NCBI GenBank assembly: GCA_036170915.1
Contig: JAVHQC010000026.1
Coordinates: 1 to 64,000 of the forward strand
Reading direction: 5' to 3'
Length of the DNA: 64,000 nucleotides
Source of the DNA: Cyanobacteria bacterium auto_48_18
Lineage (GTDB): Bacteria > Cyanobacteriota > Vampirovibrionia > Obscuribacterales > Obscuribacteraceae
A program made the position numbers and the translations under genes. Under the pieces are notes generated by a model, which ran no database searches, was not told where the DNA came from, and was given only the letters and a program-made list of their open reading frames with translations. Each line of letters begins with the position of its first letter. The first letter of the stretch is position 1. This document shows, in pieces, positions 48,087 to 57,993 of the stretch.

Positions 48087-48590
48087 ATGAAAGTTCGCGC
48101 TAAGACCGTCGGTGTGGCCGTTACCGCTTCAGCAATTATTCTCGCTTTTGCAATTGTGGGGCTGGCAGCCTGTACTACTCAGGCCCCTGTGAAAGACAGT
48201 TACACGCCTATAAATTCGAATATAAATTCGAGTGCCAGCGTTGCTCCGCAGCCAGCAATCTTTGAAGATGAAATTCTAGCGGCTCATGCTAATCGTCAGA
48301 CTAATGTGGAAGTTACCTGCACATTGCCGGTCAAGCGCATGCTGCCTCAAGATAATAAAGGCGAGAAACACGAGAAGTTTATTTTGCAGATGTCCAACGG
48401 TTCCACCATTTTAGTGGCGCATAACATCAGTCGCGCCCCCTATGTGCCTATATCTGAAGGTGATGTGGTAACTGTGCGCGGAGAATATATTTGGAACCGC
48501 AAGGGTGGTGTAATTCACTGGACACATCTAAGCGATACACCAAAACACCCAAGTGGTTATATCGATTTTGCCGGCCAGCGATACCAGTAG
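48087..48590 (+). CDS. DUF3465-like lipoprotein
   Basis: Lipobox LAAC; LPQDNKG..HEKFIL..VAHNI..GD.V..GEY.WN.KGGVIHWTH. Confidence 0.8.
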   Translation: MKVRAKTVGVAVTASAIILAFAIVGLAACTTQAPVKDSYTPINSNINSSASVAPQPAIFEDEILAAHANRQTNVEVTCTLPVKRMLPQDNKGEKHEKFILQMSNGSTILVAHNISRAPYVPISEGDVVTVRGEYIWNRKGGVIHWTHLSDTPKHPSGYIDFAGQRYQ

Positions 48591-48786
48591 AAAATATTCA
48601 TAAACCACCTTGGCAGCAGCCTCCATATGTGGTGCCTGTCACCAAACTGCGCCCCTTGACAGCATCTCGATTATCTTAGAATTTGCTCATGGAAATGTTA
48701 ATAGATTTGCACAATGCTTTTCATTAGTTTGACTGGCACTTATACTCGAGGAGTGTTTCGTCCGCGGACCATTTGAGGACAATTTA

Positions 48787-49116
48787 GTGATTAAGTCAGT
48801 TCTTAGACAGATAGCCGCAGCGGCCTTTCTTACAAGTGTTGTTGCTTCCGCTGTAGCCTTTGCTGCTGATGCAGTTGCCAGTGACATTACTGAAAAAGAG
48901 CCTCAATTGACATTGATTGCAGTGGCACCAGGCATCCGTCACGCTGACCCTGCCATTCAACAAGCAGTAGATTATTTGAGCAAAAGTGATCAAGCGGTGG
49001 AAGTCAAGAATCGCCGTCGCAATGTCAGACCTGCTTATGACAGCAAGGTTGTGAAAAACAAGCTCAATCTAGACAAAGTTTTGATTTTAGGCGGCTCTAA
49101 CGTCGTACCTATGTAA
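48787..49116 (+). CDS. Secreted hypothetical protein
   Basis: Signal peptide ending AFA; GAGG RBS. Confidence 0.55.
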   Translation: MIKSVLRQIAAAAFLTSVVASAVAFAADAVASDITEKEPQLTLIAVAPGIRHADPAIQQAVDYLSKSDQAVEVKNRRRNVRPAYDSKVVKNKLNLDKVLILGGSNVVPM

Positions 49117-49122
49117 ACTGAC

Positions 49123-50865
49123 GTGGACGCTAAATCACTGTCTTTTAATCAGCCTCTCAGCTATGACTACGGCCACTGCAATGAGTTGCTGGGATTTACT
49201 CTCAGCAATCATCTTGATTTAATCTGCCAGATGCAGCCGCAAGCTGAAATGATAATCAGTTGCCTGGAAGATAAAAGACTTACATACAGCCAGTTTAAAC
49301 ACGAAACCGATAAACTGGCGCGCGCACTGCTGGCACGCGGCATTGAGCGGGGCGATCGCGTAGGCATCTGGTCGGCAAATAACTGGCGCTGGCTGGCTGT
49401 TCTTTATGCCACGGCTCGTATCGGCGCTGTCCTCGTTAATATCAATCCGGCCTACCGCACAAGTGAAGTTGAATATGTACTGAAACAGTCAGGCGTGAAG
49501 CTGCTTTTCGCCATTGCTTCCAATCGCGGCAGTAATTATCTCGAGATGCTGCAAGAGTTGGCACCCCATGTCTTTAGTGGCGCATGTGATACCACTAGCG
49601 ATTTAAAAGATATTGTGATTATGCCGGCGGTAAACATCGACGGTTCTCCTCAGATAGCAGACTTCAGAGTGACTACCTCACTATTGACCTGGAACGGTCT
49701 CGTTGAGCTCTCACCCACTATTTCGCCCGACTTGCTGGCAGAGCGCGAGCGTAGTGTGCAATTCGATGATGCCGTTAATATTCAGTATACGTCTGGAACC
49801 ACTGGTTTTCCTAAAGGTGTTACCCTTTCACACCATAATTTGCTCAATAACGCTTTGTTTGCCGCTCGCGCCATGGCCCTTGATACCACTTCGCGCTTTT
49901 GTGTGCCAATGCCTTTTTATCACTGCGGCGGCATGGTCAGCTCAGCTCTTGCTACTTTTTCAGTGGGTGGCACTCTGGTTCTTCCTGGTCCTTATTTTGA
50001 AGAATCGACTGTCATGAGCGCGGTGCAGCAAGAGAAGTGCACACATCTGTCGGGTGTGCCCACAATGTTCATTACTCAGCTTGAACATCCACGATTTAAG
50101 GAACACGATTACAGTTCGCTAAAGGGTGGATTTTTAGCCGGGGCACCATGCCCGGTGCAGTTAATGCGACGGGTCGCCAGTGAGATGCATGTGCCTGAAG
50201 TGGTGATTCTCTATGGCTTGACTGAAGTATCGCCGCTGATGACAGCCACTACTACTACCGACTCTATGGAAATTCGCGCCACCACAGTTGGTCGCGCCAT
50301 ACCTGGGGTGGAAGTGAAAGTAGTGGATGCGCTGACAGGGGAGATTGTTCCCCGTGGCACTCAAGGTGAGATTTGTTGTCGTGGTCACGGCATTATGCTT
50401 GGCTATTGGCAAAATGCCCAGGCCACAAGTGATTGTATTGACGCTGCTGGTTGGCTTCATTCAGGCGATCTGGGAGTAATGAATGCTAGTGGCTATCTGC
50501 ATATTACCGGCCGCAAAAAAGACATGATTATTCGCGGTGGCGAAAATATCTACCCTCGTGAAATTGAAGAAGTTTTGCACCACCATCCGGCAATCTCGCA
50601 AGCTCAAGTTTTTGGCTTGCCGGATGCGCGTTTAGGTGAAGAAGTGGCTCTATGGCTAATACTTAAGAGCGAGGCAAAATTGACCGAGCGTGAATTAACG
50701 GAATGGCTCAAGCAAGAAATGGCGCATTTTAAAATTCCGCGTTATGTCAAATTTGTTGATCATTTCCCCATGACCGTAACAGGTAAAGTGCAGAAGTTTG
50801 CCATGAGAGAGCAGATGGTGATTGAGCTTGGTCTGACCGCAGCGGCAGCAATAGAGACCGCCTAG
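49123..50865 (+). CDS. AMP-binding acyl-CoA synthetase (ACSF2-like)
   Basis: NINPAYR, QYTSGTTGFPKG, YGLTE, SGD, IRGGENIYPREIE, TGKVQK. Confidence 0.93.
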   Translation: MDAKSLSFNQPLSYDYGHCNELLGFTLSNHLDLICQMQPQAEMIISCLEDKRLTYSQFKHETDKLARALLARGIERGDRVGIWSANNWRWLAVLYATARIGAVLVNINPAYRTSEVEYVLKQSGVKLLFAIASNRGSNYLEMLQELAPHVFSGACDTTSDLKDIVIMPAVNIDGSPQIADFRVTTSLLTWNGLVELSPTISPDLLAERERSVQFDDAVNIQYTSGTTGFPKGVTLSHHNLLNNALFAARAMALDTTSRFCVPMPFYHCGGMVSSALATFSVGGTLVLPGPYFEESTVMSAVQQEKCTHLSGVPTMFITQLEHPRFKEHDYSSLKGGFLAGAPCPVQLMRRVASEMHVPEVVILYGLTEVSPLMTATTTTDSMEIRATTVGRAIPGVEVKVVDALTGEIVPRGTQGEICCRGHGIMLGYWQNAQATSDCIDAAGWLHSGDLGVMNASGYLHITGRKKDMIIRGGENIYPREIEEVLHHHPAISQAQVFGLPDARLGEEVALWLILKSEAKLTERELTEWLKQEMAHFKIPRYVKFVDHFPMTVTGKVQKFAMREQMVIELGLTAAAAIETA

Positions 50866-50889
50866 ACATGCTCTATACTGTTGATATAA

Positions 50890-51360
50890 ATGTCTAATTC
50901 ATCGCCACCAAATACAAACCGACGCAAACCTAAAAATGTCATTCTAGCCTGGCCGCTTATTCGTAAGCTTGAAAGTCTGGCCTTTTTAGCAATGTTTATC
51001 GCCGTGCCCTTTTTTGGCTATCGAGTGGTTGATTACACCACTCGCCATCTGGCTTTAAACAATGCTGCTCACGATCTGGTCAAAGACATTCGTAAAGTCA
51101 AACAATTAGCCACCCAACTCGAAACGGCCATTACGGTGGAGTCTGTGCCACCAGTGGAAGGCAAACCCGCCTCATACATTATTAAAACCGAGCGTAAAAC
51201 CCTGGAAGAGGTGCTTTTGCCCCCAGGGGTGACAATGATTGGCGGCATTACATTTTCGAAAGAGGGTTTGCCCAGTCATCCTTCAACTTTTGACGTGCAC
51301 ATGGATACGCGCTCTCTGGCTGTAGATATCGACGGGAACGGCATTGTTACCCTGCCATGA
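50890..51360 (+). CDS. GspH/FimT-like single-TM protein
   Basis: TM then L..AA.DL..DIR..K.LA helix, I.FS..G.P, V.IDGNG. Confidence 0.5.
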   Translation: MSNSSPPNTNRRKPKNVILAWPLIRKLESLAFLAMFIAVPFFGYRVVDYTTRHLALNNAAHDLVKDIRKVKQLATQLETAITVESVPPVEGKPASYIIKTERKTLEEVLLPPGVTMIGGITFSKEGLPSHPSTFDVHMDTRSLAVDIDGNGIVTLP

Positions 51361-51459
51361 GCGTCGGACTGCCTGGCTTCAAAATAGGTTTTCGCTGGAA
51401 CATTTAGGCAATTGTTGTTGTCTTATAGTCTATACCGATAACACTATAGGGACCAAATC

Positions 51460-52011
51460 ATGTTACGTATCCGTATTCGAAAAACATTGCGCAGAAGATT
51501 GCCTCTGTTATTGGCACTGGCGGCAGTTTCGTTTTCTATCATTGTTCCGGCACCGGCCGCTCAAGCCAGGTCTGGCGATATAACCATTGAAACCGGCAAA
51601 GGTGAAGCCTTTGAAGTCAAACACAATTTGTTTGGCCAGCGCAGTTTTGCTGTTCAGGATCGCCTGGGCAATAAAATCGCCAATGAGAAAGGCTTGTTTG
51701 GTAATAGCAAAGTCGAGGTTGGTTTACTCGGCAACGAATATGAGCGCAAAAAAAATATCTTCGGCAGTAAGTCTATTAAAGCCAGCGATATGTTTGGCGA
51801 CAAAATCGAAAGCAAGAAAAGCTGGTTCGGTCTGGGACGGCGCAAGACCACCATCAATTTGTCAGGCACAACTGGTTTAATCAATCAGGCACTGGCCAAA
51901 AGAAAGGATGCTGAGTCACCGTCGCTTACAGGCAGAACCGATCTGGATGCTCCCGCGGATATTACAAATGCCTTTCCATCGTCTGTGGACGTAAACGCTC
52001 CTCAACCGTAA
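51460..52011 (+). CDS. Secreted hypothetical protein with internal LFG/G.K repeats
   Basis: Signal peptide; repeated xLFG..S..V.D.xGxKI units. Confidence 0.6.
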   Translation: MLRIRIRKTLRRRLPLLLALAAVSFSIIVPAPAAQARSGDITIETGKGEAFEVKHNLFGQRSFAVQDRLGNKIANEKGLFGNSKVEVGLLGNEYERKKNIFGSKSIKASDMFGDKIESKKSWFGLGRRKTTINLSGTTGLINQALAKRKDAESPSLTGRTDLDAPADITNAFPSSVDVNAPQP

Positions 52012-52032
52012 GAATTGAAAAATTACCTGCTT

Positions 52033-52072
52033 AAAGAAAGAGATCGATTTTATTTTCGATCTCTTTTTCTTT
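52033..52072. terminator. Bidirectional terminator between convergent genes
   Basis: AAAGAGATCGA-loop-TCGATCTCTTT followed by a T tract. Confidence 0.75.
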
Positions 52073-52078
52073 TCTGTT

Positions 52079-52849
52079 TTATAAGTCGATATCACCGAAT
52101 TTACGTTTGAAACGGGCCTTTAAATCGGTGACGATTTCACCGCTGGGTGGCGGTTCGCACGGTCTACCCAATTCGCTAGAAGTGTCGTAAACCGATGTTC
52201 TCAGAGCTATAAACATGGGGTGAAAACCAAATGCGATCATCTCTTTGTAGGCTCGTTCAGCAGACCATCCCTGCTCGTGCAGCCGATACATTGCCACCAT
52301 GGTGCCACAGCGATCTTGCCCCTGCCGGCAGTGCACAAAGGTCGGCTGAGTTTTATCAGTTGTCACTGCCGAGAGAAACTTATCAACTTGATCTTTGCGC
52401 ACACCCTTAAATAACGTCAGCGGTATGCTGACAAATTTCATGCCCAAACTTTCAACTATTTCTCTTTCCTCAGAAATATCATCTTTAGTATGGCGCAAAT
52501 TAACAACGGTCTTTACACCGGCTTTTTGCAGAGCTATTAAACCGTCACGGGAAGGCTGAGAGCCACGCAGAAGCTGCGGAGATACGTAACCGAAATTGAT
52601 AATTGTTGTGCCAAGATGATTATACGGATTGCTGGTAGTGGCACTGCCAGCAGGTGAACCAAGTGAAGCAGGCATAGCAGGTAAAACAGGCATAGCAGCA
52701 CCAGTACTAGTGACTGGTGTCGGGGCAACAGTAGGAAAGCTGGCTTCGATACCTTCAACAGTCTGCGCTGCTACTGGTAGCGATGCACTGGTGACAATAG
52801 ATATGATCGAAAAAAGGCTTGCCAGAAAAACAATATTCTTTATCGCCAT
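52079..52849 (-). CDS. Exported Cys-based (dual-specificity/tyrosine) phosphatase
   Basis: NF..V..LRGSQP, HCRQGQDRCG CX5R motif; signal peptide. Confidence 0.88.
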   Translation of the reverse strand: MAIKNIVFLASLFSIISIVTSASLPVAAQTVEGIEASFPTVAPTPVTSTGAAMPVLPAMPASLGSPAGSATTSNPYNHLGTTIINFGYVSPQLLRGSQPSRDGLIALQKAGVKTVVNLRHTKDDISEEREIVESLGMKFVSIPLTLFKGVRKDQVDKFLSAVTTDKTQPTFVHCRQGQDRCGTMVAMYRLHEQGWSAERAYKEMIAFGFHPMFIALRTSVYDTSSELGRPCEPPPSGEIVTDLKARFKRKFGDIDL

Positions 52850-52968
52850 TGTCGAACCTCAAGGCATTTAAGCATACATGCAATCTAGCAGGACTGCGCA
52901 AATCGCGCAGTTACGGACTTTCTCTTAGTAATAAACTGAATACAGCTCGGGCAATCTGACGAAAGTGT

Positions 52969-53538
52969 CTAGACCAGAGCATCAATTGATTCGAGCAAAT
53001 TGAGGTTAGCGGTGATGGTCTGTCTTAATATCTGTTCTTGTTCTTGATCTTGATTTTGTTCTTGATTTTGATCTGGGGGGCCACTATTGCGCTCAATTAG
53101 CCGATTGAGGTTTTCGTTAGTTTCCATTAGCGAACTTTTGATGGCCTGACAAACGCGGCTGGTTTTCTGTCTTTGCAGGGCAAAACCAATACTACGCAGC
53201 AGTGAGCCTTCAGTAATGGAGTCTTTGCTGATGTAGTCAGAGGCACCACAGCTTATGGCATGCATAGCGGTGTCTTGATCATCGAACCCGCTCAAGATAA
53301 TTATTGGTATTTCCGGCAACAATGAGTTTAATCGTCGAAAGCCATTGATGCCGTCGCTATCGGGCAAAGACATATCTAATAAAACCAGGTCGAATGCACT
53401 GAGTTGGTCTATGGCGGCCGCCATAGTTTGCACGTGCGTCGTTTCATATTGATCATCAGCGTGCAGATTGCGCAAGGTGAGAGCAGCATCACTGAGACTG
53501 TCTTCAACCAGTAATATTTTCGTTTTTGCAGTAGACAT
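52969..53538 (-). CDS. Response regulator receiver with a helical tail
   Basis: LLVEDS, LLDMSLPD, ILSG, YISK. Confidence 0.9.
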   Translation of the reverse strand: MSTAKTKILLVEDSLSDAALTLRNLHADDQYETTHVQTMAAAIDQLSAFDLVLLDMSLPDSDGINGFRRLNSLLPEIPIIILSGFDDQDTAMHAISCGASDYISKDSITEGSLLRSIGFALQRQKTSRVCQAIKSSLMETNENLNRLIERNSGPPDQNQEQNQDQEQEQILRQTITANLNLLESIDALV

Positions 53539-53652
53539 AACTTTGACTTGTGACTGTTTTCTTAGTCATACCCAGTTGGTTTCGGACAATCCCACATTTG
53601 AACGGAACTTCCAGTCAGCTTTTCAGTCTGGGTGTTCGTCAACAAGGTGGGA

Positions 53653-54042
53653 ATGATGATGGACGATCAACTGCAAAATCTACCAAATATGCATAACCTA
53701 GAGAAAGTTGACCATGCAGCAGCCGCCACTCCGATATCACTAGAAAATCTGCAGGATGATTTTGGTTGTGACACCGATGAGTTGATTGCCCTGTTTTGTG
53801 AGGGCGCCGGCGTAGAGCTGGAAAAAGTCAAAGCGGCTGCCCAAGCCGAAGACCGCGAACGGCTTTTGCACAATGCTCGCGGTCTTCGGGCTGTTTGCGA
53901 ATCAGTTTATGTGGGTGATATGGGCAAAACTTGCTCTGAAATTGAGCAAGCTGGTGTTAATTCGCAGTGGTCGCAAGTCAATACTTTAATTGAAAGACTT
54001 GAAGCCGAATTCGCCCTGGTGCAATTGCACCACCAGAAATAA
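53653..54042 (+). CDS. Hpt-like domain protein lacking the canonical His
   Basis: L.D..G.D...LI.LF.....L.....ARGLRA......C..IE pattern. Confidence 0.7.
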   Translation: MMMDDQLQNLPNMHNLEKVDHAAAATPISLENLQDDFGCDTDELIALFCEGAGVELEKVKAAAQAEDRERLLHNARGLRAVCESVYVGDMGKTCSEIEQAGVNSQWSQVNTLIERLEAEFALVQLHHQK

Positions 54043-54270
54043 TTATTTCGGAGTTACCGCTCCACCTGTGTATGCATAAATTAGCAACATGCGGCCGCCA
54101 TGCGGGCCCACTGTGAGCGAAGTCATGCTGGTGAGCTGATAGCGATAGTTTGAGTGTTCAATAATAGAAGCCGAGACGTCGTCGGCTGGGCAGATTTCTT
54201 GCACCACCATGGTTGGTGACTTGATGAATTTCTTCAACTTAAGATCGGCTATATCTGTGAGTTTTGGCAT
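54043..54270 (-). CDS. Hypothetical protein
   Basis: 75-aa ORF with AGGA RBS downstream of the GlcG-like gene. Confidence 0.45.
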   Translation of the reverse strand: MPKLTDIADLKLKKFIKSPTMVVQEICPADDVSASIIEHSNYRYQLTSMTSLTVGPHGGRMLLIYAYTGGAVTPK

Positions 54271-54297
54271 GATTTTTATCCTGAAAGAAATTGTTGA

Positions 54298-54693
54298 TTA
54301 AAACACCGCTGCGCCAGCTTCGGCAACTGCATGGTCCTGGTCTCCGGAACCGCCGCTGACACCAATCGCTCCCACTACCTGGCCGTCTTTTATCAGCGGA
54401 ATGCCACCGGCAAAAATCATTATTTTGCCGTCGTTAGAAGCATGAATTCCGAAAAATTGTCCACCAGATTGGCTATGAGTGGCCAAATCTTTAGTGGTGA
54501 TGTCAAAAGCACGGGCAGTGAAAGCTTTTTTGATGGAAATATCAATGCTGCCGAGCCAGGCGTTGTCCATACGCACATGAGCCACGAGATTGCCTCCACC
54601 GTCGGCCACGGCAATATTCATTGGTTGTCCAAGCTCCAGGGCTTTCTTTTCGGCAGCAGCAATGACCTTTCTGGCAGTTTCGAGTGTGACCAT
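54298..54693 (-). CDS. GlcG/HbpS family heme-binding protein
   Basis: IAVADGGG..RMD..KKAFTA..GGIP..GAIGVSG..QD. Confidence 0.92.
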   Translation of the reverse strand: MVTLETARKVIAAAEKKALELGQPMNIAVADGGGNLVAHVRMDNAWLGSIDISIKKAFTARAFDITTKDLATHSQSGGQFFGIHASNDGKIMIFAGGIPLIKDGQVVGAIGVSGGSGDQDHAVAEAGAAVF

Positions 54694-54902
54694 ATACGCC
54701 TCTTGTAAATAACAATTCAGATAATTGACCCCCTAAAAGGTACGCTAAGCCGGCAGATTTTTCCATGCTTCAGCTGCACCAGGCATTGGGGGCCCCACCT
54801 GCGGCTTTTGACAAATTTATGAAACTTAGCTTGAGCGTTTATTTTAAGCAAGCATTCCTGTTGAAAACTACTACACTGGTAGAAGTCGTTAATGGTTAAC
54901 CG

Positions 54903-55862
54903 ATGACTTTAGCCAGAACTTTAGCTGCTACCGCCTGTGTTTTAATGGGCTTTTTATGTCTGTCGCCACTTAGCGAAGCTGGCGGTCGGTCGACCTATGA
55001 TGCTCCGCCACCTGCCGCATCACAGATTCCTTTTACTTACGGTACTGATAGAGTGATCGTAGTCATGGATGGCAGCGTTAACATTCGCAGGTCAGATTTA
55101 AAGGCTTATGTTGATGATGCTGCTCAGGCGGTGATTAAAATCTATGGCCGTCTGCCTGTGCCCTTAACCATAGTGCGGGTTGAAGTGACAAACGGCGATA
55201 GCGTGGGCTTTGCCACCAGCACTTATCTCGATGAAAGCGATTATGGCCTAATTGAGCTTTCACTGGGGCGTGATACCAGTAGGGCTTCGTTAAACAAAAG
55301 CTGGACCTTGACGCATGAACTCTTGCATTTAGGTTTTCCTATTGTAGAGAAATCTAAGCGCTGGTTGGCGGAGGGCATTGCCACCTATGAAGAGCCGGTT
55401 GCCCGTGTGCGCACTGGTATGACCAGCGCCGAAGAGATGTGGGCAGACTTGATCAAAAATGCGCCTTCCGGATTACCGCAAAGAGATCAGGGCTTGAATT
55501 ATACGCGCTCCTGGGGCCGAGTTTACTGGGGCGGCGCGCTTTATTGTTTGCTGGCCGATATAGAAATTCGCAAACAAACTAGAAATAAGTTTGGCCTTGA
55601 GCATGCTTTACGTGGTATTGCCCGCAGTGGTGGTACCGCTGCTTCTGATTGGAACGCACGGCAGGCTATTGATGCCGGAGATCAGGCACTCAATTTAACT
55701 GTGTTACAAGATCTCTATACGAAGATGGCTCTTAATCCTGGTTCAATTGATTTGCATCAGCTGTGGAGTCAGCTGGGTATCATAGAAAGTAATGGTGGCA
55801 TCACTTTTGATGATTCCGCGCCGCTGGCATCAATTCGCAAGGCGATTGAGAACGGCTCTTGA
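54903..55862 (+). CDS. Secreted HExxH metallopeptidase-like protein (M61/gluzincin-like)
   Basis: THELLH...WLAEGIATY...YWGGA. Confidence 0.75.
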   Translation: MTLARTLAATACVLMGFLCLSPLSEAGGRSTYDAPPPAASQIPFTYGTDRVIVVMDGSVNIRRSDLKAYVDDAAQAVIKIYGRLPVPLTIVRVEVTNGDSVGFATSTYLDESDYGLIELSLGRDTSRASLNKSWTLTHELLHLGFPIVEKSKRWLAEGIATYEEPVARVRTGMTSAEEMWADLIKNAPSGLPQRDQGLNYTRSWGRVYWGGALYCLLADIEIRKQTRNKFGLEHALRGIARSGGTAASDWNARQAIDAGDQALNLTVLQDLYTKMALNPGSIDLHQLWSQLGIIESNGGITFDDSAPLASIRKAIENGS

Positions 55863-55870
55863 TTGCTACG

Positions 55871-56737
55871 TCAGCTTTCCATTAGGTCATCCAGCACTTG
55901 AGACAATTTCCGGTGCAGCAGAAAGTGGCCTTGCTCAGGTACGATCTTTAATTTCGCGCCTTTGATGCGCTCAGCCAAATAGTTAGACATTGCTATGGGG
56001 CAAAGGCTATCATCTGCGCCTTGCCAGAGAGTGATATCACTTTTAATATCCTCCACAGCAAATTGCCAATCACTCGAATAGGCATTGTAGTCATCAACCA
56101 CTCCCCATCCCCCTTGACGGGTTGATTCAAGAATGAAATGCGATGCTTCATAGTCGGTCATCGGTTCAATAATCGCACGATCACACGAAGACACTTCGCT
56201 CAGCAATATTTTTTTCAGCATAGCGGGTGGAAGTTTTCCACCAATGCTCACAGTCAATGCCAGAAGCCATTGTAGATAAGGTGGACAGCAAAGCAAAAAC
56301 CGGTCTGTCCACATGCCCAGATCGTTGAGACTGACGGGAGAAATAAGTGGTGATGCACCGCCTACGGTGGCGACTTTGCTAAAGCGCTCAGGTATTTTGT
56401 AAGCGCAGGCATATGCATAAGAACCACCCAACGACCAGGCAAGAAGCGGTAATCGATCGATAGACAGCTGATTAAGTAAACACTGTACGTCACTTGCCCA
56501 GTCAAGCATGGTGCGGTGGCGACTTAAAGAAGAAATGCCGATTCCAGGCCGGTCTGGAGCAATAATTCTGATTGCTCGCTCTTGGCAATATTGATGCGCA
56601 AAAGCGATATCAAACCGGCTGCTGACGCCACCGTGAAAATATAGCAATGGCTTTCCCTCGCGGTGGCCGTATTGCGCGTAGCCCAGGGTGCGACCGTCCG
56701 GCAAGGCGATTGTATGATCGCGGTCTACTGATTCCAT
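55871..56737 (-). CDS. Alpha/beta hydrolase
   Basis: LPDGRTLGY..G, YFHG, PDRPGIG, AWSLGG, WQGADD, GHF. Confidence 0.92.
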   Translation of the reverse strand: MESVDRDHTIALPDGRTLGYAQYGHREGKPLLYFHGGVSSRFDIAFAHQYCQERAIRIIAPDRPGIGISSLSRHRTMLDWASDVQCLLNQLSIDRLPLLAWSLGGSYAYACAYKIPERFSKVATVGGASPLISPVSLNDLGMWTDRFLLCCPPYLQWLLALTVSIGGKLPPAMLKKILLSEVSSCDRAIIEPMTDYEASHFILESTRQGGWGVVDDYNAYSSDWQFAVEDIKSDITLWQGADDSLCPIAMSNYLAERIKGAKLKIVPEQGHFLLHRKLSQVLDDLMES

Positions 56738-56743
56738 CAGGTG

Positions 56744-57964
56744 TTACTGCTGCCGGTCGGCCGAGTGGTCACTGCTTTTAATCGATTGCCATTTGGCAGT
56801 AACCGCTTTGCCCATGTGAGAGATGATTTGTTTGATTGGATGGAAACCAAGCACGCTGTAGACATTGTAGATGCGCACCAGTAAGAAGCGTGTTTTCATA
56901 CAGCAATAAACTTTTTCTTCCCGAGCACCAGGCATCTCTGGTCTATATTTGCTCTTATGCCGGTAGAGATTTTTAAAATTGTAGAGAAAATTTGCTTTCT
57001 CGAATGAATATTTGAAGTGTGCGGAGAGCAGTTTGCTGTGGCGAAACTCCTCAGTATCATTGACTTTAGCCAGTGGTGAAAGACCAAGAGAAATTTCTTT
57101 TTTACCCTCGGCTTTGAAGATTTCGAGAGCCTCAAGCAAAATAAAATCAACTACTGAGTAGGAGCGATCTAGATTGCTGCGCAAATGATTGGCGATGTAG
57201 CCTACCACTTCGCCATCAGCATACATAGGATCAAAAATGACAAAACCGACCACTTCTTTGTCTTTGATAGCCACAAATTTGCGAACATCAATTTCATCTA
57301 CATAAACGATCGGACGCACAATGAATTGCATTTCACTGTCGCTCATAACTTTCTGCTTCATCCAATCTTCGCTAATTTTTCGAAATGCCTGGCGCATTTC
57401 AGCATCAGAAGAAAGTACTTCAACACAAGTGAGATTATCTTTTTTAGCGTTGTTGCGCGCCTGTCGCAAAGCCTGCTTTTTGTTGCCGGTGAGGGTGAAA
57501 CTTTGAACGTCTATAAAAGTCTCGACACCAAGCTCGTTGACACAAAATCCAAGCTCGTTCAGAGCCGTGGCCGTGTCTTTAGAGGCATGGAGAAAAATTG
57601 GATCTTTCTTGTGTTTGAGAAAGGCGTCAAGAAAAGCTGGTAGATTTTCTTTGCTGCAGATGGGGTCGGCCAGCACACAGACCGAGTCTGCACTGTCAGT
57701 GAGCGGCGTGTAAGCGCAGTATCCCAATTCGTCATCCATAAAATACTGCAAGCCTGCCTGCAGAGACGAATATGCCAGAGACCCCCGGCCAAATTGTTTG
57801 AGCTGGTCTCGGCGAAAGGCCGCAGTTTGTGTGCCGTTATTCAGAGACTTGACTGAAGTTTGCAGTGCTTCTTGCTTTGTGGTCATGGATTGCGAGAGAC
57901 CGGGCGCTACTTTCTTAATTTTGAGACCTTTGCCTCTCAATCCCTTTAGCAAGTCCATTTTCAA
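56744..57964 (-). CDS. Stand-alone MprF C-terminal-type (DUF2156) aminoacyltransferase
   Basis: ADP, LGVE..ID...FTLTGNKK..LR, I.E.W, SLGLSPLA, YNFKNLYRHKSKY; no TM domain. Confidence 0.78.
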   Translation of the reverse strand: MKMDLLKGLRGKGLKIKKVAPGLSQSMTTKQEALQTSVKSLNNGTQTAAFRRDQLKQFGRGSLAYSSLQAGLQYFMDDELGYCAYTPLTDSADSVCVLADPICSKENLPAFLDAFLKHKKDPIFLHASKDTATALNELGFCVNELGVETFIDVQSFTLTGNKKQALRQARNNAKKDNLTCVEVLSSDAEMRQAFRKISEDWMKQKVMSDSEMQFIVRPIVYVDEIDVRKFVAIKDKEVVGFVIFDPMYADGEVVGYIANHLRSNLDRSYSVVDFILLEALEIFKAEGKKEISLGLSPLAKVNDTEEFRHSKLLSAHFKYSFEKANFLYNFKNLYRHKSKYRPEMPGAREEKVYCCMKTRFLLVRIYNVYSVLGFHPIKQIISHMGKAVTAKWQSIKSSDHSADRQQ

Positions 57965-57993
57965 TCCCCTTTATAAATTAGGCTGAGGCCATA

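Noticed and set aside
53030..53072. QNQE/QDQE microrepeat in the response regulator
   Set aside because: In-frame low-complexity linker with no evidence of phase variation
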